Virus record (IMG/VR): IMGVR_UViG_3300037484_000333
Location: 1 to 64,000 of that record
Length of the DNA: 64,000 bases
Direction: 5' to 3' (one strand)
From: a virus
Lineage: Duplodnaviria; Caudoviricetes
Shown here: one piece after another, positions 18,111 through 29,023 of the stretch
Layout: every line of letters starts with the position of its first letter
Position numbering within the stretch: the first letter of the stretch is position 1
Program-made: the position numbers and the translations under genes
Notes under the pieces: generated by a model
The model's input: only the letters and a program-made list of their open reading frames with translations
The model's database searches: none
Told to the model about the DNA's origin: nothing

Positions 18111-21100
18111 TTGCATATAAGGTTAACCACAGCCGGTGGACGCCTTCTAGCAAAGCTAGGCTGCACTGACCAATTAGTCTCGGCCGGTGGTGTTCTATAT
18201 GATTCACTACCTCTTAGCACTGTCATAGCTCCATCAGCTAGCACATTTTGGCGGGCTTGGTTCGGGCCTGCAGGTGAAGAAGGTAAGATACAGGTTGATG
18301 GTATTACCAACCTTCTAACTGGTACTTACCCTGACAAGACTACCAAGACCATGCCTGCAGGGTTCCGTAACATCCACGGTTGCGAGTACGCATCAGATGT
18401 CGATAGAGTTTTCTTGTGCACCCGTCTTGGAGCTACTGGCAGCACTGGCCCGTACCGCCTAATACGGATAAACCCCGATGACCTCGATGACTACGTTTAC
18501 TATGAGGCGTCTTCTGCAAACTACTGGCGTGCTGACTATCTAATGATAGTGGGTACCAGGGTCTTTGTGTTTTACCAAGACGCAGCCAACCCCACTAAAC
18601 TATTGATTGACGAGTTCGATACTGAGGATGATGCACAACCCCTAACCAAGGTCGCCACTCACGACCTTGGTACAACTTACGGTAGTGCTTGGCAGGCCGA
18701 TACCGACAACACTTATATGTATATCGGAACTGATGCTACCGAACTTTCCGGAACCGGTCACTACATTGTAAAGGTGCAGATCAGTGATATGACGGTGGTA
18801 GATAATGCCCAACTGACTGGTACTTGGGATGCCCACCGAGGAACCGGTAGTGTGCTCTATGACTCGGAAACCGGCTCTGTGTTTATGGGGTGTCAAGGTG
18901 GCGCATTTATCCATAAGGTTAGTGCATCAGACCTGTCTAGTGAAGTAGTCCAGGGATACCCGTTAAAACACCTTAATGGGGAAACGAAGTCCAGTGAACT
19001 TATATCAACTACTGGGTATATATACCTAACTCTAGAGGGTGGGGCAAGTGTCCCCAACTACGTCGAGGGGCACGTTCTCAAAATTAGCAAGACTGACTTG
19101 GCTGACTATGAGGTAATACAGGCCGGGTCTGCGTCTAACAAGTCGGGATGGGTAGGTTTGCCAGAGCCTGACGGTGACTATATCTGGGTCGGATGGGCTG
19201 AAGGGGAGTTTGTACGAATTAAGGTGTCCGATGGTAGCCAGCAACACTTCTGGTTTCCTGAAACCCAGGTAGCAGAAAGTTGTTTTGCAGGCAGCAGAAA
19301 CAAGTGGATACTGGGTACTTGGGACGACCCATGCAAGATAGTTAGAGTAGTCAACCATGTATCGGCAGATAATAGCCAACTCACCAGCTTAGCTCCACGA
19401 TCCTCATGGGTTCCTGTTAGGCTATTCACTCAAAAGGACGGAACTATTACCGCCCTAGAGGCCTATACCGATGGTAGCAATAGTCTCGGCACTGGAGTGA
19501 ACCTTAAAGGGAATACTGCTACCGACTATACAGAGCCCACCACTACCGAGCTTAACACCACTAATTATCCGACTTTAGCTGGAGCCACCGTTGACGCATT
19601 TGGTTGGACCTCCGGCTCACCTAAGTCCATTACAGGGTCGGCAACTGAAGCCGGTGATATCGGTGACTTCTTAGTCTTGCAAGTTAGCCTGGACTCTAAT
19701 GCAGCTGGATGTACTACACCAACTGATACTCTAACCCCCGTTTATACTACCGGCGGAAGCGATATAACCAAGACCGTAACTCTATATACAGAGTCAGAGA
19801 AGATCATATCAGCTGTCACGTCCACTGCTTCAGCTGCTGCCTTGTTGACCTCTGTCGCTGATAATATAGAAGTGCTTGCGGAAGTAGCTACTGTTAATGC
19901 AGCTGCCCTATCTCTAATAGTCGGTATTAGTAAAGCTATAGTTGTACCTGTTTCTGAGGCCGGTGCCACTGCCATTGCTCCTTCGACCTCAGCTGGAGTT
20001 ATCATACTACCAGATGTTGAAGAAGCCGACGCCGTAGTATTCTCGCCTCTGATCTCAATAGGCTTGGCTAGGGCTCCTCCGGCAATTGAGGCTGCAGCCG
20101 TTGCTAATATACCATCTATCTCCACAGAAGCTATCATTAGTGTACCTACTTCTACTGCGTCGTCAGAAGCGCCACCTCCAGAAATTCTGACTTCCGTAAC
20201 CTTTGCTATAGCGTTTGCAGAGGCCCCAATCCCCATCGTTACAACAGGAGCTACAATCACGTCTCCAGTGGCAGAAGCATCTGTAGAGACTTTAGCACCT
20301 GCTATCTCTACTGGAGCCGATGTCATACTTGAGCAACCAGCTATTTCGACAGCTGAGGCCCCTATTCCCACAATTTCGGCTAGTACTACCATATCCTCTC
20401 CAACCGCCACGGCCAGCTCCTCCATTGGTACTACCATCATCGGCATTGGTAAAGCTATTGCACCACCAGTTGCCACATCTAACGGTTCTGCAATTCCGCC
20501 CCTGAGGACTTATGGGGTCTACGTTCAAATCGACGGCGAGTCCAACGACGCCTATGAGTACGAGTTTAACGGCGGAGTCAACGTTGATAACTTCGAGATA
20601 TTAGTCGTATCAGACGCAAGTGCTGAAGACAGGTACTGGGGCGGCCTCCGATTTACTGGTGGAACTTGGCCTTCCTATGGCTCCACCATCACAGCAGCCC
20701 GTATCTCCATTCACATACCGTCTATAGTTGGAGACGACCCTAACTGTGACATCTATGCAGAGGCTTCGGCCAACCCGTCGGCATTCACCACCGCCACTAA
20801 TAACATCAGTGGCCGGACAAAGACCTCAGCCTCAGCTGAGTGGATAGCCAACGGTCTAGGAACAGGTTGGAAAAACTCTCCATCGCTAGTAACAATCATA
20901 CAGGAGCTTGTGGACTCTTACAACATTGAGTCTATAGCCCTAATAATACAACCTAATACTGACGTTAGTAAGTCCCTGATCATAGACGCTTGGGATGAAT
21001 CCTCTCACACCCTTGGGGCCATCCTACACCTGGAGTGGGAGGAGCCCAGCCTCGGTGTAACCTACGCAACCATAGCTACGTCTAGTGCGGCAGCCATAGC

Positions 21101-23828
21101 CCCAAGTATCTCTACGGGAACTACTATAGAGATACCGACAGCTGAGGCTAGCGCCGCTGCAGCCACAGTTGGAATTGGTGGTAGCACACAAATAGATGCG
21201 CCTGCAGCTAGTGCATCATCGGCTCTTATTGCACCGACAGCCTATGGTCGGTATGGGTGCACTATCAGTGTAAGTGCCAATACTGATGACGCTATGGAGC
21301 GAGAGTCGTCTGGAGTTGTTTGGACCGACGACTTCTATATATATGTGCAGTCCGATACTGATCAATCTACTAGGTATTGGGTAGGTCTAAGATTTACTGG
21401 TGGGCCGTTCCCCAATAGAGGGGATACCATTGATACTGCCTACCTGCGAATCAACGTCACTGACGAGATCGATGGTGATAACGCCAACCTAGACATATAT
21501 GCTCAAGACCGTGCTAACCCAACTACCTTCACCACCGATGCATACAACATTACTCGTAGTAGGCCCAGGACTTCTAGCTACACAGAATGGGTATCTGACA
21601 GCCTTGGCACTGGATGGGTTCAGTCACCGTCCATAGTTGACGTCATTCAAGAGCTTGTCAATTCCTATGACATAACATCAGTCGTCCTTACTCTCAGTCC
21701 GAATACCGACGCTACCAAACTCCTAACCCTGTGGGCTCACGATTGGTCTGGTGGTACTTTTGCTGCACAGCTGCATTTGGAATGGACTCCTCTATCGGGA
21801 GGTGTTTCCCCGACTGCAGCAGCAGATGCGGCGGCTCTAATCCCTTCGGTCCACGCTAGTTGCACAATAACTTCTCCAATTGCTACCGCGACTAGTGCTA
21901 CACCCACACCGACAGCCTCAACTGGCGCAGAAATACTATCACCAATTGCCACGGCTTCTGCCAACGCACTAATAATCTCCACTATCGGTGGAGTAAGCAT
22001 ATCCGCCGAGACATCTGAGGCCAGCGCAACCACACCAAACCCGTCTGTAAAGACTGGAGCCACCATATCATCGCCAGTTGCTACGGCCTCTGCTCAGGCT
22101 ATTGGGCCTTCCACATCTTATGGTACAACCATAGAAGCCGAAGTCGCCACCGCCACTGCTAGTGTGTTCAGCAGCGGAGGATCGTCTGTCATCTATCAAG
22201 TAGACCAAAGCTCAGATGACGCCGACGAGTACGCGCAGGCAGACGGGCTTGTAGTACCAGGCGGGACTTCCGTACGGGTAATAGTGGGAATTGCTACGTA
22301 TTGGGGGGGAGTGCGGTTTAGGACTGGGAGTTTCCCAACTCTTGGATCGACGATCACCAGTGCCTACCTAACGATTCAGTGCAGGGACGAGTCTGTTGAT
22401 GATGCAAACTTTGAAATCTATGGGGACGATAGGGAGGACCCGTCGACCTTCACTGACACCAATTACGACATATCGAGCCGGACACTGACGTCGGCCTTTG
22501 TGTCGTGGGTTGAAGATAGTATAGGCGCTGGGTGGGCACAGTCTCCCTCAATCGTCGATGTGATCCAGGAGCTGGTAGACGCCTACAACGTAGCATCCAT
22601 CGCCTTGGTACTGAAGCCTCTGAGCGGGAGCAGGCTAGCTAGGTTCCATTCTTGGGATGAGGCCAGCCACGTCCTCGGAGCAAAGCTATACCTAACGTGG
22701 GAAGGACCTCTCGTATCCACTGGGGTTACGGTTGTTCCGGACGAAGCGGCAGCCAGTGCCGAAGCCCTTGGACCAAATATTGGTGGAAGTCTAACTGTAT
22801 ACGCTACCGTATCTGCATCCAACGCAGATGCCCCAATACCGGTAATCTCAGTTGGTTGCACAATCTCAGTACCAGTTGCTGAGGCGAACGGGGAAGCGTA
22901 TCCCGCATCGACTGCCCTTGGATGGGCTCAAATATTTGCAGAGGTATCCGTTGCAACAGCAGAAACCCCAGCTCCAGAGTTTGGTGGAAGTGCTACAATA
23001 CTGGCAACTGTTGCCCAAGCCTCTGCCGAAATACAACTACCCACAATAGACCTGGCAGTACCAGTCCCAACATCTACGGCCAGTGCGGCCACACCGGCTC
23101 CAACGCTATCGGCTGGAAGTTTAATAACCTCACCAGTAGCCCAATCCTCTGCATCAATACCGACAGTGGCAGTCGCAGCTGGAACGACTATTCCAGTACC
23201 TGTGGCCACTGCAGGTTGTGTAGCCAAGACTTCGACAATCCATACTGGGGTAACCATATCTCCGCCAAGAGCTGTTGCCAATGCTACAGCCCGTACTGCT
23301 ACAGTCGGGGTAGTTGCCCACGTTGGTGTTACAGCCACAGTTGCTACGGCTTCTGCCGAAACTCCTACCCCTATGATCCAGTGGGAAGTATGGACCTTAG
23401 AGTTGGGTACGAGCCTACCGTCTGTTCTAGCCAAACAAGGACTGTGGGGTAAATATCTACCATCGGCTGCTAGGATAGACAACATCGTTGGTCCTACGAT
23501 GGTCAACAACGGGCTACACAGCGGGCTGGTTGTAAGAGTCAGGATTACGAGTACCACTGGCGCACCCACCGTGACTCCAGAAATGCACTACTGGGACTCT
23601 GGTTCGGGCAAGTGGGTAAGCTACATTAACGGCCCACAATATAGTGCCACTGGCGAGTTCGAGTGGATTTTCTCACCGATAGGTATTGCTACCACCAATT
23701 GGTCTCCTATGGGATCAGGTAACATAACCAGAATGATAGCTCCAGTACCTGCTGTATGGAGGGTAGGGTTCTATCACGGCAATACCGATAGTATAACTTA
23801 TAGCGCAATGTATCAGTACATGGCATAA
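18111..23828 (+). CDS. 1905-aa tail fibre/adhesin with propeller-like N-terminus, A/S/T/P spacer repeats and three copies of a globular domain
   Basis: Repeats visible in the translation (DDAxE...YWxGLRF...QELV..Y...AxLxLEW, three times). Confidence 0.65.
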   Translation: MHIRLTTAGGRLLAKLGCTDQLVSAGGVLYDSLPLSTVIAPSASTFWRAWFGPAGEEGKIQVDGITNLLTGTYPDKTTKTMPAGFRNIHGCEYASDVDRVFLCTRLGATGSTGPYRLIRINPDDLDDYVYYEASSANYWRADYLMIVGTRVFVFYQDAANPTKLLIDEFDTEDDAQPLTKVATHDLGTTYGSAWQADTDNTYMYIGTDATELSGTGHYIVKVQISDMTVVDNAQLTGTWDAHRGTGSVLYDSETGSVFMGCQGGAFIHKVSASDLSSEVVQGYPLKHLNGETKSSELISTTGYIYLTLEGGASVPNYVEGHVLKISKTDLADYEVIQAGSASNKSGWVGLPEPDGDYIWVGWAEGEFVRIKVSDGSQQHFWFPETQVAESCFAGSRNKWILGTWDDPCKIVRVVNHVSADNSQLTSLAPRSSWVPVRLFTQKDGTITALEAYTDGSNSLGTGVNLKGNTATDYTEPTTTELNTTNYPTLAGATVDAFGWTSGSPKSITGSATEAGDIGDFLVLQVSLDSNAAGCTTPTDTLTPVYTTGGSDITKTVTLYTESEKIISAVTSTASAAALLTSVADNIEVLAEVATVNAAALSLIVGISKAIVVPVSEAGATAIAPSTSAGVIILPDVEEADAVVFSPLISIGLARAPPAIEAAAVANIPSISTEAIISVPTSTASSEAPPPEILTSVTFAIAFAEAPIPIVTTGATITSPVAEASVETLAPAISTGADVILEQPAISTAEAPIPTISASTTISSPTATASSSIGTTIIGIGKAIAPPVATSNGSAIPPLRTYGVYVQIDGESNDAYEYEFNGGVNVDNFEILVVSDASAEDRYWGGLRFTGGTWPSYGSTITAARISIHIPSIVGDDPNCDIYAEASANPSAFTTATNNISGRTKTSASAEWIANGLGTGWKNSPSLVTIIQELVDSYNIESIALIIQPNTDVSKSLIIDAWDESSHTLGAILHLEWEEPSLGVTYATIATSSAAAIAPSISTGTTIEIPTAEASAAAATVGIGGSTQIDAPAASASSALIAPTAYGRYGCTISVSANTDDAMERESSGVVWTDDFYIYVQSDTDQSTRYWVGLRFTGGPFPNRGDTIDTAYLRINVTDEIDGDNANLDIYAQDRANPTTFTTDAYNITRSRPRTSSYTEWVSDSLGTGWVQSPSIVDVIQELVNSYDITSVVLTLSPNTDATKLLTLWAHDWSGGTFAAQLHLEWTPLSGGVSPTAAADAAALIPSVHASCTITSPIATATSATPTPTASTGAEILSPIATASANALIISTIGGVSISAETSEASATTPNPSVKTGATISSPVATASAQAIGPSTSYGTTIEAEVATATASVFSSGGSSVIYQVDQSSDDADEYAQADGLVVPGGTSVRVIVGIATYWGGVRFRTGSFPTLGSTITSAYLTIQCRDESVDDANFEIYGDDREDPSTFTDTNYDISSRTLTSAFVSWVEDSIGAGWAQSPSIVDVIQELVDAYNVASIALVLKPLSGSRLARFHSWDEASHVLGAKLYLTWEGPLVSTGVTVVPDEAAASAEALGPNIGGSLTVYATVSASNADAPIPVISVGCTISVPVAEANGEAYPASTALGWAQIFAEVSVATAETPAPEFGGSATILATVAQASAEIQLPTIDLAVPVPTSTASAATPAPTLSAGSLITSPVAQSSASIPTVAVAAGTTIPVPVATAGCVAKTSTIHTGVTISPPRAVANATARTATVGVVAHVGVTATVATASAETPTPMIQWEVWTLELGTSLPSVLAKQGLWGKYLPSAARIDNIVGPTMVNNGLHSGLVVRVRITSTTGAPTVTPEMHYWDSGSGKWVSYINGPQYSATGEFEWIFSPIGIATTNWSPMGSGNITRMIAPVPAVWRVGFYHGNTDSITYSAMYQYMA

Positions 23829-23863
23829 TAGTAGTTTATAATAGAAGAAGGAGGTTATATATA

Positions 23864-24265
23864 ATGGCGAGATCAAGTCAAGCTAAATGGGGAGTTCTCC
23901 TGGAGTCGGCAGCTCGAACAGTTGACACCTACAGCGAGGTCATGATCAATGACTATGGGTGTCGTGGGCTTCTTATCAGGATTCGCGTCTCTGCCGGTAC
24001 TCCCAACACGGTCACTCCAAGGTTGGAGTACCTGGACGTGGCTGCAGGCACATGGGAGAACTACCTATCGGCAACAGCTTTAGCCGCTAGCACAGAGCAG
24101 GATTGGGTAATATACCCACTAGGGTATGCTGCAGCCAGCTGGAGTATAGCCACCAGCAACAGAGACATCCAAATAGCACCACTCCCAACCCACTGGCGTC
24201 TATTTATGGATGTCACCAGTACGGCTTCGGTCACCTACAGTGTAGGTTACCAGTACTTAGCATAA
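23864..24265 (+). CDS. Virion protein paralogous to the C-terminal domain of the 1905-aa protein
   Basis: GL++R+R+...TVTP...W..Y+...W+..P+G...W...I...P..WR+...S+TYS..YQY(L/M)A shared by both. Confidence 0.65.
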   Translation: MARSSQAKWGVLLESAARTVDTYSEVMINDYGCRGLLIRIRVSAGTPNTVTPRLEYLDVAAGTWENYLSATALAASTEQDWVIYPLGYAAASWSIATSNRDIQIAPLPTHWRLFMDVTSTASVTYSVGYQYLA

Positions 24266-24288
24266 TGATTTGGGGAGGAAGTCCTAAG

Positions 24289-24558
24289 ATGCACCCACGG
24301 TTGGGCAAGTTGCAAGAGAGGATTGATAGGGGTGGTGGGAAGGTTGGTATGCCAGCGCTCATAGAACTTGCTAATGCTCTTGACGAGGTGCTGACAAGGC
24401 TGGAGAGGATAGAAGGTTTGCTACCACCCATAGAGGCTTATATGGTACAGGAGACAAGGACCAACGAGATAGCATCAGTGGAGAGTGTATTGAACTTAGC
24501 GAGGAGACTACAGAAGGTAGAAGCGGAGGTAAGTAGAAATCGACGTACAGTGGGTTAG
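24289..24558 (+). CDS. Small coiled-coil protein
   Basis: SD GGAGG then ATG 24289; heptad-like sequence. Confidence 0.55.
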   Translation: MHPRLGKLQERIDRGGGKVGMPALIELANALDEVLTRLERIEGLLPPIEAYMVQETRTNEIASVESVLNLARRLQKVEAEVSRNRRTVG

Positions 24559-25390
24559 CCTAGAAGAACTTAAAGACGAAATACGGACTTACCTGAGGGA
24601 CTCTAGTACCACTGACCCACGGTGGACAGATGCCGAGATATTCCAGTCCGTCAGGGATGGTATCAGGCTGATGTCTCCGTTTGTCTTTACCACTGATGAC
24701 TATGAACAAGTAGTTACTTCCGGTACTTACCGATATACCCTGCCTGATTACGTCTACAAGGTTAGGAGTGTTAAGGGTAGAGATACCAGTAGTACTGGTG
24801 ATTGGACAGACCTTAGTTACTGGGAACAGGTCAGAGGAGTAACCAATAACTACTTCTATATTAGACGGTCGTATGGTGATTGGACTCTTATCCTTAAGTA
24901 TGATAGGAATATGCCAGAGGTTATCGGCAACCTGATATTGGGAGGTGATATGACCAACTCCGCTGCCGAGATGACGTTGGCGGCAGCCTCAGATAGCACG
25001 GCGGTAAGGTTGGAATCATTTGGGTACTTGAAGGTTGGCAATGAGATCGTGTCTCATACTGGGGTTTATGATACTAGTACCCACAAGCTGACAGTCTTGA
25101 CTAGAGGGCAAAGAGGCACTACTGCTGTGGTGCATACTAGTGGGGATGAGGTCAGCCCCATGATAGAAGTACCTAGCTCCAGGATTTATCCCTGGCTTAT
25201 AGACTACTCTATGGGGAAACTGCACAGGATGCGACTGACGGGAGTGGCCAGTGCAGACCTGGCAGGGGATGTTACCGCTATGAGGGAATATGACGCTGCG
25301 GCTGAGAGGAACTTGAGAAGGATTATACCACCTAAAAGTAGCAGGATCATATTCGAGAGGCCGAGGCGCTATTGGAAGAAGAGTACATAG
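24539..25390 (+). CDS. Head-tail adaptor/tail tubular-like protein, probable near-cognate (ATC) start
   Basis: Frame open 44 codons upstream of ATG 24671, encoding SLEELKDEIRTYLRD...RWTDAEI (typical adaptor N-terminus); in-frame TAA at 24530; SD GGAGGT 8 nt before ATC. Confidence 0.65.
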   Translation: MDVQWVSLEELKDEIRTYLRDSSTTDPRWTDAEIFQSVRDGIRLMSPFVFTTDDYEQVVTSGTYRYTLPDYVYKVRSVKGRDTSSTGDWTDLSYWEQVRGVTNNYFYIRRSYGDWTLILKYDRNMPEVIGNLILGGDMTNSAAEMTLAAASDSTAVRLESFGYLKVGNEIVSHTGVYDTSTHKLTVLTRGQRGTTAVVHTSGDEVSPMIEVPSSRIYPWLIDYSMGKLHRMRLTGVASADLAGDVTAMREYDAAAERNLRRIIPPKSSRIIFERPRRYWKKST

Positions 25391-28300
25391 TTGGCTGACC
25401 TATCTGACGCTGGGACTAAGTATGACCTGGTCCTCGACGACCTAGGTCTTATGCTAGCTGGCCTTATGACAAGGGTTGAGGTTACCAACCTCATGCCCAG
25501 GGTCTCTATGGCCACAGACCAAAAGCAATACCACGACTTCTCAGAGCTGGAGGTATTCGGCCAGCAGAACTTCCATCATGGCAGAGGACAGCTTAACATG
25601 GAAGAGACTGACCGCTTCTATGACAGCTGGAACATGGACTTGCGGTTTCCTGGTAAAGCCTTTCCAGCCCTCGCTCCTACAGAGTCAGGAGACCTAGCCG
25701 GTGCTATTAACGATATGGTTTATTACGAGCACCACGCTGGTACTGGTAGAGATAGGACCTTGTTTGCAGTGGCAGAGACTGGTGCTGCTACCACCACCAA
25801 TACTATTACCGCCAGTGCTGATGACGTTGAGGAGGGAAGTGACACCACCTACGACGCCACATCTACCACTGCTAAGGTGGGGGCATACCCAGCTGCTGTT
25901 ACAGTTAACATCCCTATCGACTCTGGAGCCTACGATGCGTATCAGATATATTACCAGCTAGCTTACACCGAGTATCCAACAGGTAGTAACCTAAGAGTAG
26001 GCACCGACTACTCTCCATATGGATCGGCTAAACAAAGATCATACCTCAGCTTCCCAACTGGTGATAGTTTGCCTGATGGTGTGACGATTACTTCTGCCTC
26101 ACTGTTCTTCTACCTAGAAAACAATTATACTAACACGAACTTCAACCTTAGGGTTCGTAAGCACCCTGGATGGACACCAACACTAGCAGACGATGACTGG
26201 AGGACTGATGGGCACCAACTAAACGCCGATTGGAGTACTGTTCAACTAACCAGCGGGTGGCACGAGATATCTCTAAATGCCAGCCCATCCTATCTGACTG
26301 ACATCAGTTCTACAGCCAGGACTGAGCTTTGTTTAAGTAGCGATAGGGAGGAGACAGGGGCTACCGTAACCCACGATGAGTACTTCTCCATGTACTCTTA
26401 CGAGTATGGCGATCACTCCAGGGCTCCATACTTGAGGGTTACCTATACTTCAGGACTTGGTAGCTTCGACATGGGATTGAGGTTCCAAAGCGTGGCAATA
26501 CCTAATGCTGCCAACCCTACCTCCGCTAAGATAACGGTGAAGGTTAGTGAGGTAATAGCCTCCACCGCCGTAAGGATTTATGGGTTGATGGAATCAGCCG
26601 GACAAGCTTCGTTGGATGCATTTAGCTCGTCTACTGATAGGCCGTCACAAAAGCTTAAAACCGCCAGCTACGTGGCGTGGACTGTATCTACTAGTGGAGT
26701 TCAAGATACACCAGACTTATCCACTGTGGTCAATGAGATAGTAGATAAGGCTACTTGGGCTTCTAACAGCCATATGGGATTTGTGTTCTTAGACCAGGGT
26801 AATGCCGAAAACCATTACTGTAAGATAGTTACCTATGATGGAGACCCAACTAACGATGCCGTTCTCACCGTAGACTATACCGGTAGTGGGGCCAATAAGA
26901 TTTACTACCTCCACTCCAGTACTTCCGTGTGGACTGACGAAGATGCGACACCTGGAACTACGGGTCTAGCTACTAGTGGTGGAGGTGGATCAGACGTTGA
27001 GGTCTTTAATCATATGCTGGTAGTGGCCCAACATAACACAGCTAATGCCAGGAAGTATAGGCCAGGGGACACTCCTGCGTGGGACGACCTGGGAGTTAAG
27101 GCCAAGTTCTTCAAGACCCATGACGGCTGCCTATGGCGGGCTACCTACAACCCTACCGAAACGCTGGGAGTGCAGTCACCAAGGTGGGAAGTCCACTATT
27201 CTGCCAATGCCGATGCCGACACACCCACATGGTCTGAGATAACCTTGCTACGATCTCCAACACCCATAACAGGTCTAGACTCATATTCCAACCTCCTTAC
27301 CGTCCACTATGAAGATGGTATGTGGCAGGTTGAGAAGGACCCGCAAGGGAGCTATAGAGCCTTCAGGCCTATCAACCAAACGCCGGTAAGAGATGTGTAT
27401 AATGGTAGAGCCCATGTTGTATTCAAAGAACGTTACTACTATTCAGAGCGGCATGGCATGGTTGAATACGATGGTAATGGTATTCAGTATATGGGGCCTG
27501 ATAGAGCAGACATAGACCCTGAGTTGGACCCTAATAGCATGAGCCTTGTGGCTTCAAATAGGGGGCCAATCATAGGCCTGACTCAAGATGGGGAGTTCAT
27601 GTGGGCATTGACCTACTCTCCATATACCTATACCCCCAACCAGAATGTGTTGGTGTTTAACAGCCAGGGGTGGAGTCACTATGCTTCAGGTCCTTCTGGT
27701 ACAGCCTCTAACAATGGTGTCATACACTACCAAGCTAGGATAATTGCTTCATCTAATCCTAAGCTTAATAGCTATGATACCCTATGGTTTACTGCAGGGT
27801 CCAAGATATACTATATAGCGTTTGACCCATACTTCAGGGACCCGTCAGCCTACGACGCAGTCAATGGTAGTGCCTTCCAAACCTCCTGTAAACTGAAGAC
27901 CAGTTGGCACGGCCCACTACCTATAGTACCTAAAAACTGGATGCGGCTACTGGTTGACTGGACAAGGGTAGAGGGCATAGTATCCTCCCTGTCCGCTACG
28001 TTCATAAACGATGGTGGTAATGGGCTGGCCCTCCCCACCATATACTCATCTGGGTTGTTAGAAACTAACATACCATTTGGAAACCTGAGTTTGGAGGGGG
28101 TAGTTGGTAGGCGTGCTAGGTGCATATTCACACTTACTACCGCTGCTTCTACCTACAGCCGTCCACCTATGTTTAACGGTTACAACTACCGGTATGCTTA
28201 TAGACCGTCTCCTAGGTTGGGGTGGACTATACCAGCAGCTGTGTACGCTGAGCAAGACCTGTTGGATAGGACTAAGGAGTCAGTGGCTACACTAACCACC

Positions 28301-29023
28301 AGAAGGAAGCTACAGCAGCTGGCTGGGCAATCGCCCCTTAAGTTTAATGATGGCAGCCCGCCAATATCTGCCTTCAATGAGCTGTATAACCCCAGCTTTG
28401 AAGGGCCGTTTACTGGTACCACCCCTCAGTACTGGTCAGAGTTTAACGGACCAATAGGTGGGGAGATGTCATACCTGAAAGCTCCTGTATCTAACCCTGG
28501 TGGATACTCCTGGAGTTTGACCTTCGGGAATTCCTGTGGACTAAGAACCACCCAGACATTCTCTCTTAGCCCAGGTGTCGGATGTAGAGCCTCAGTTTGG
28601 GGAATGTCCTCTAGCTCGACCGACCAAGTAGGTGTGGAGATAAGAATATCATCTACTAACGTCTTAGTGGCTAGTAACTACACCAGTGGTGTTGGGTGGG
28701 TCAGGGCGTCTGTATCCTATAACCCTTCGGCAGCTGAGACCGTCTACATGGCGGTTGTTAAGACTACCGCATCAATGACCCGTACTTACTTTGATTGTGC
28801 GGAACTTATACTGGATAAGGATTACCCGCTAACGGAGTACTTGGATGGCGAGCAGCCAAGGTGTGCGTGGACGGGAGTTCCACATGCCTCAAGGTCTGAG
28901 AGACGAGGGTACTGGTTGGTATATATAACAGGTCTGACCGAGGCTAACAGATTTGGTTCAGAGACGGCTGCTGGTACTGAGACCTGGGGTTCGCAAGTCA
29001 CCCTAGCCTTGAGGGAAGTCTAG
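25391..29023 (+). CDS. Tail protein (nozzle/stabilisation-like) with inserted DNRLRE-like domains
   Basis: Follows the adaptor; N-terminal QQNFHHGRGQ segment, propeller-like middle, inserted RSYLSF...ITSASL...APYLRVTY domain. Confidence 0.6.
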   Translation: MADLSDAGTKYDLVLDDLGLMLAGLMTRVEVTNLMPRVSMATDQKQYHDFSELEVFGQQNFHHGRGQLNMEETDRFYDSWNMDLRFPGKAFPALAPTESGDLAGAINDMVYYEHHAGTGRDRTLFAVAETGAATTTNTITASADDVEEGSDTTYDATSTTAKVGAYPAAVTVNIPIDSGAYDAYQIYYQLAYTEYPTGSNLRVGTDYSPYGSAKQRSYLSFPTGDSLPDGVTITSASLFFYLENNYTNTNFNLRVRKHPGWTPTLADDDWRTDGHQLNADWSTVQLTSGWHEISLNASPSYLTDISSTARTELCLSSDREETGATVTHDEYFSMYSYEYGDHSRAPYLRVTYTSGLGSFDMGLRFQSVAIPNAANPTSAKITVKVSEVIASTAVRIYGLMESAGQASLDAFSSSTDRPSQKLKTASYVAWTVSTSGVQDTPDLSTVVNEIVDKATWASNSHMGFVFLDQGNAENHYCKIVTYDGDPTNDAVLTVDYTGSGANKIYYLHSSTSVWTDEDATPGTTGLATSGGGGSDVEVFNHMLVVAQHNTANARKYRPGDTPAWDDLGVKAKFFKTHDGCLWRATYNPTETLGVQSPRWEVHYSANADADTPTWSEITLLRSPTPITGLDSYSNLLTVHYEDGMWQVEKDPQGSYRAFRPINQTPVRDVYNGRAHVVFKERYYYSERHGMVEYDGNGIQYMGPDRADIDPELDPNSMSLVASNRGPIIGLTQDGEFMWALTYSPYTYTPNQNVLVFNSQGWSHYASGPSGTASNNGVIHYQARIIASSNPKLNSYDTLWFTAGSKIYYIAFDPYFRDPSAYDAVNGSAFQTSCKLKTSWHGPLPIVPKNWMRLLVDWTRVEGIVSSLSATFINDGGNGLALPTIYSSGLLETNIPFGNLSLEGVVGRRARCIFTLTTAASTYSRPPMFNGYNYRYAYRPSPRLGWTIPAAVYAEQDLLDRTKESVATLTTRRKLQQLAGQSPLKFNDGSPPISAFNELYNPSFEGPFTGTTPQYWSEFNGPIGGEMSYLKAPVSNPGGYSWSLTFGNSCGLRTTQTFSLSPGVGCRASVWGMSSSSTDQVGVEIRISSTNVLVASNYTSGVGWVRASVSYNPSAAETVYMAVVKTTASMTRTYFDCAELILDKDYPLTEYLDGEQPRCAWTGVPHASRSERRGYWLVYITGLTEANRFGSETAAGTETWGSQVTLALREV

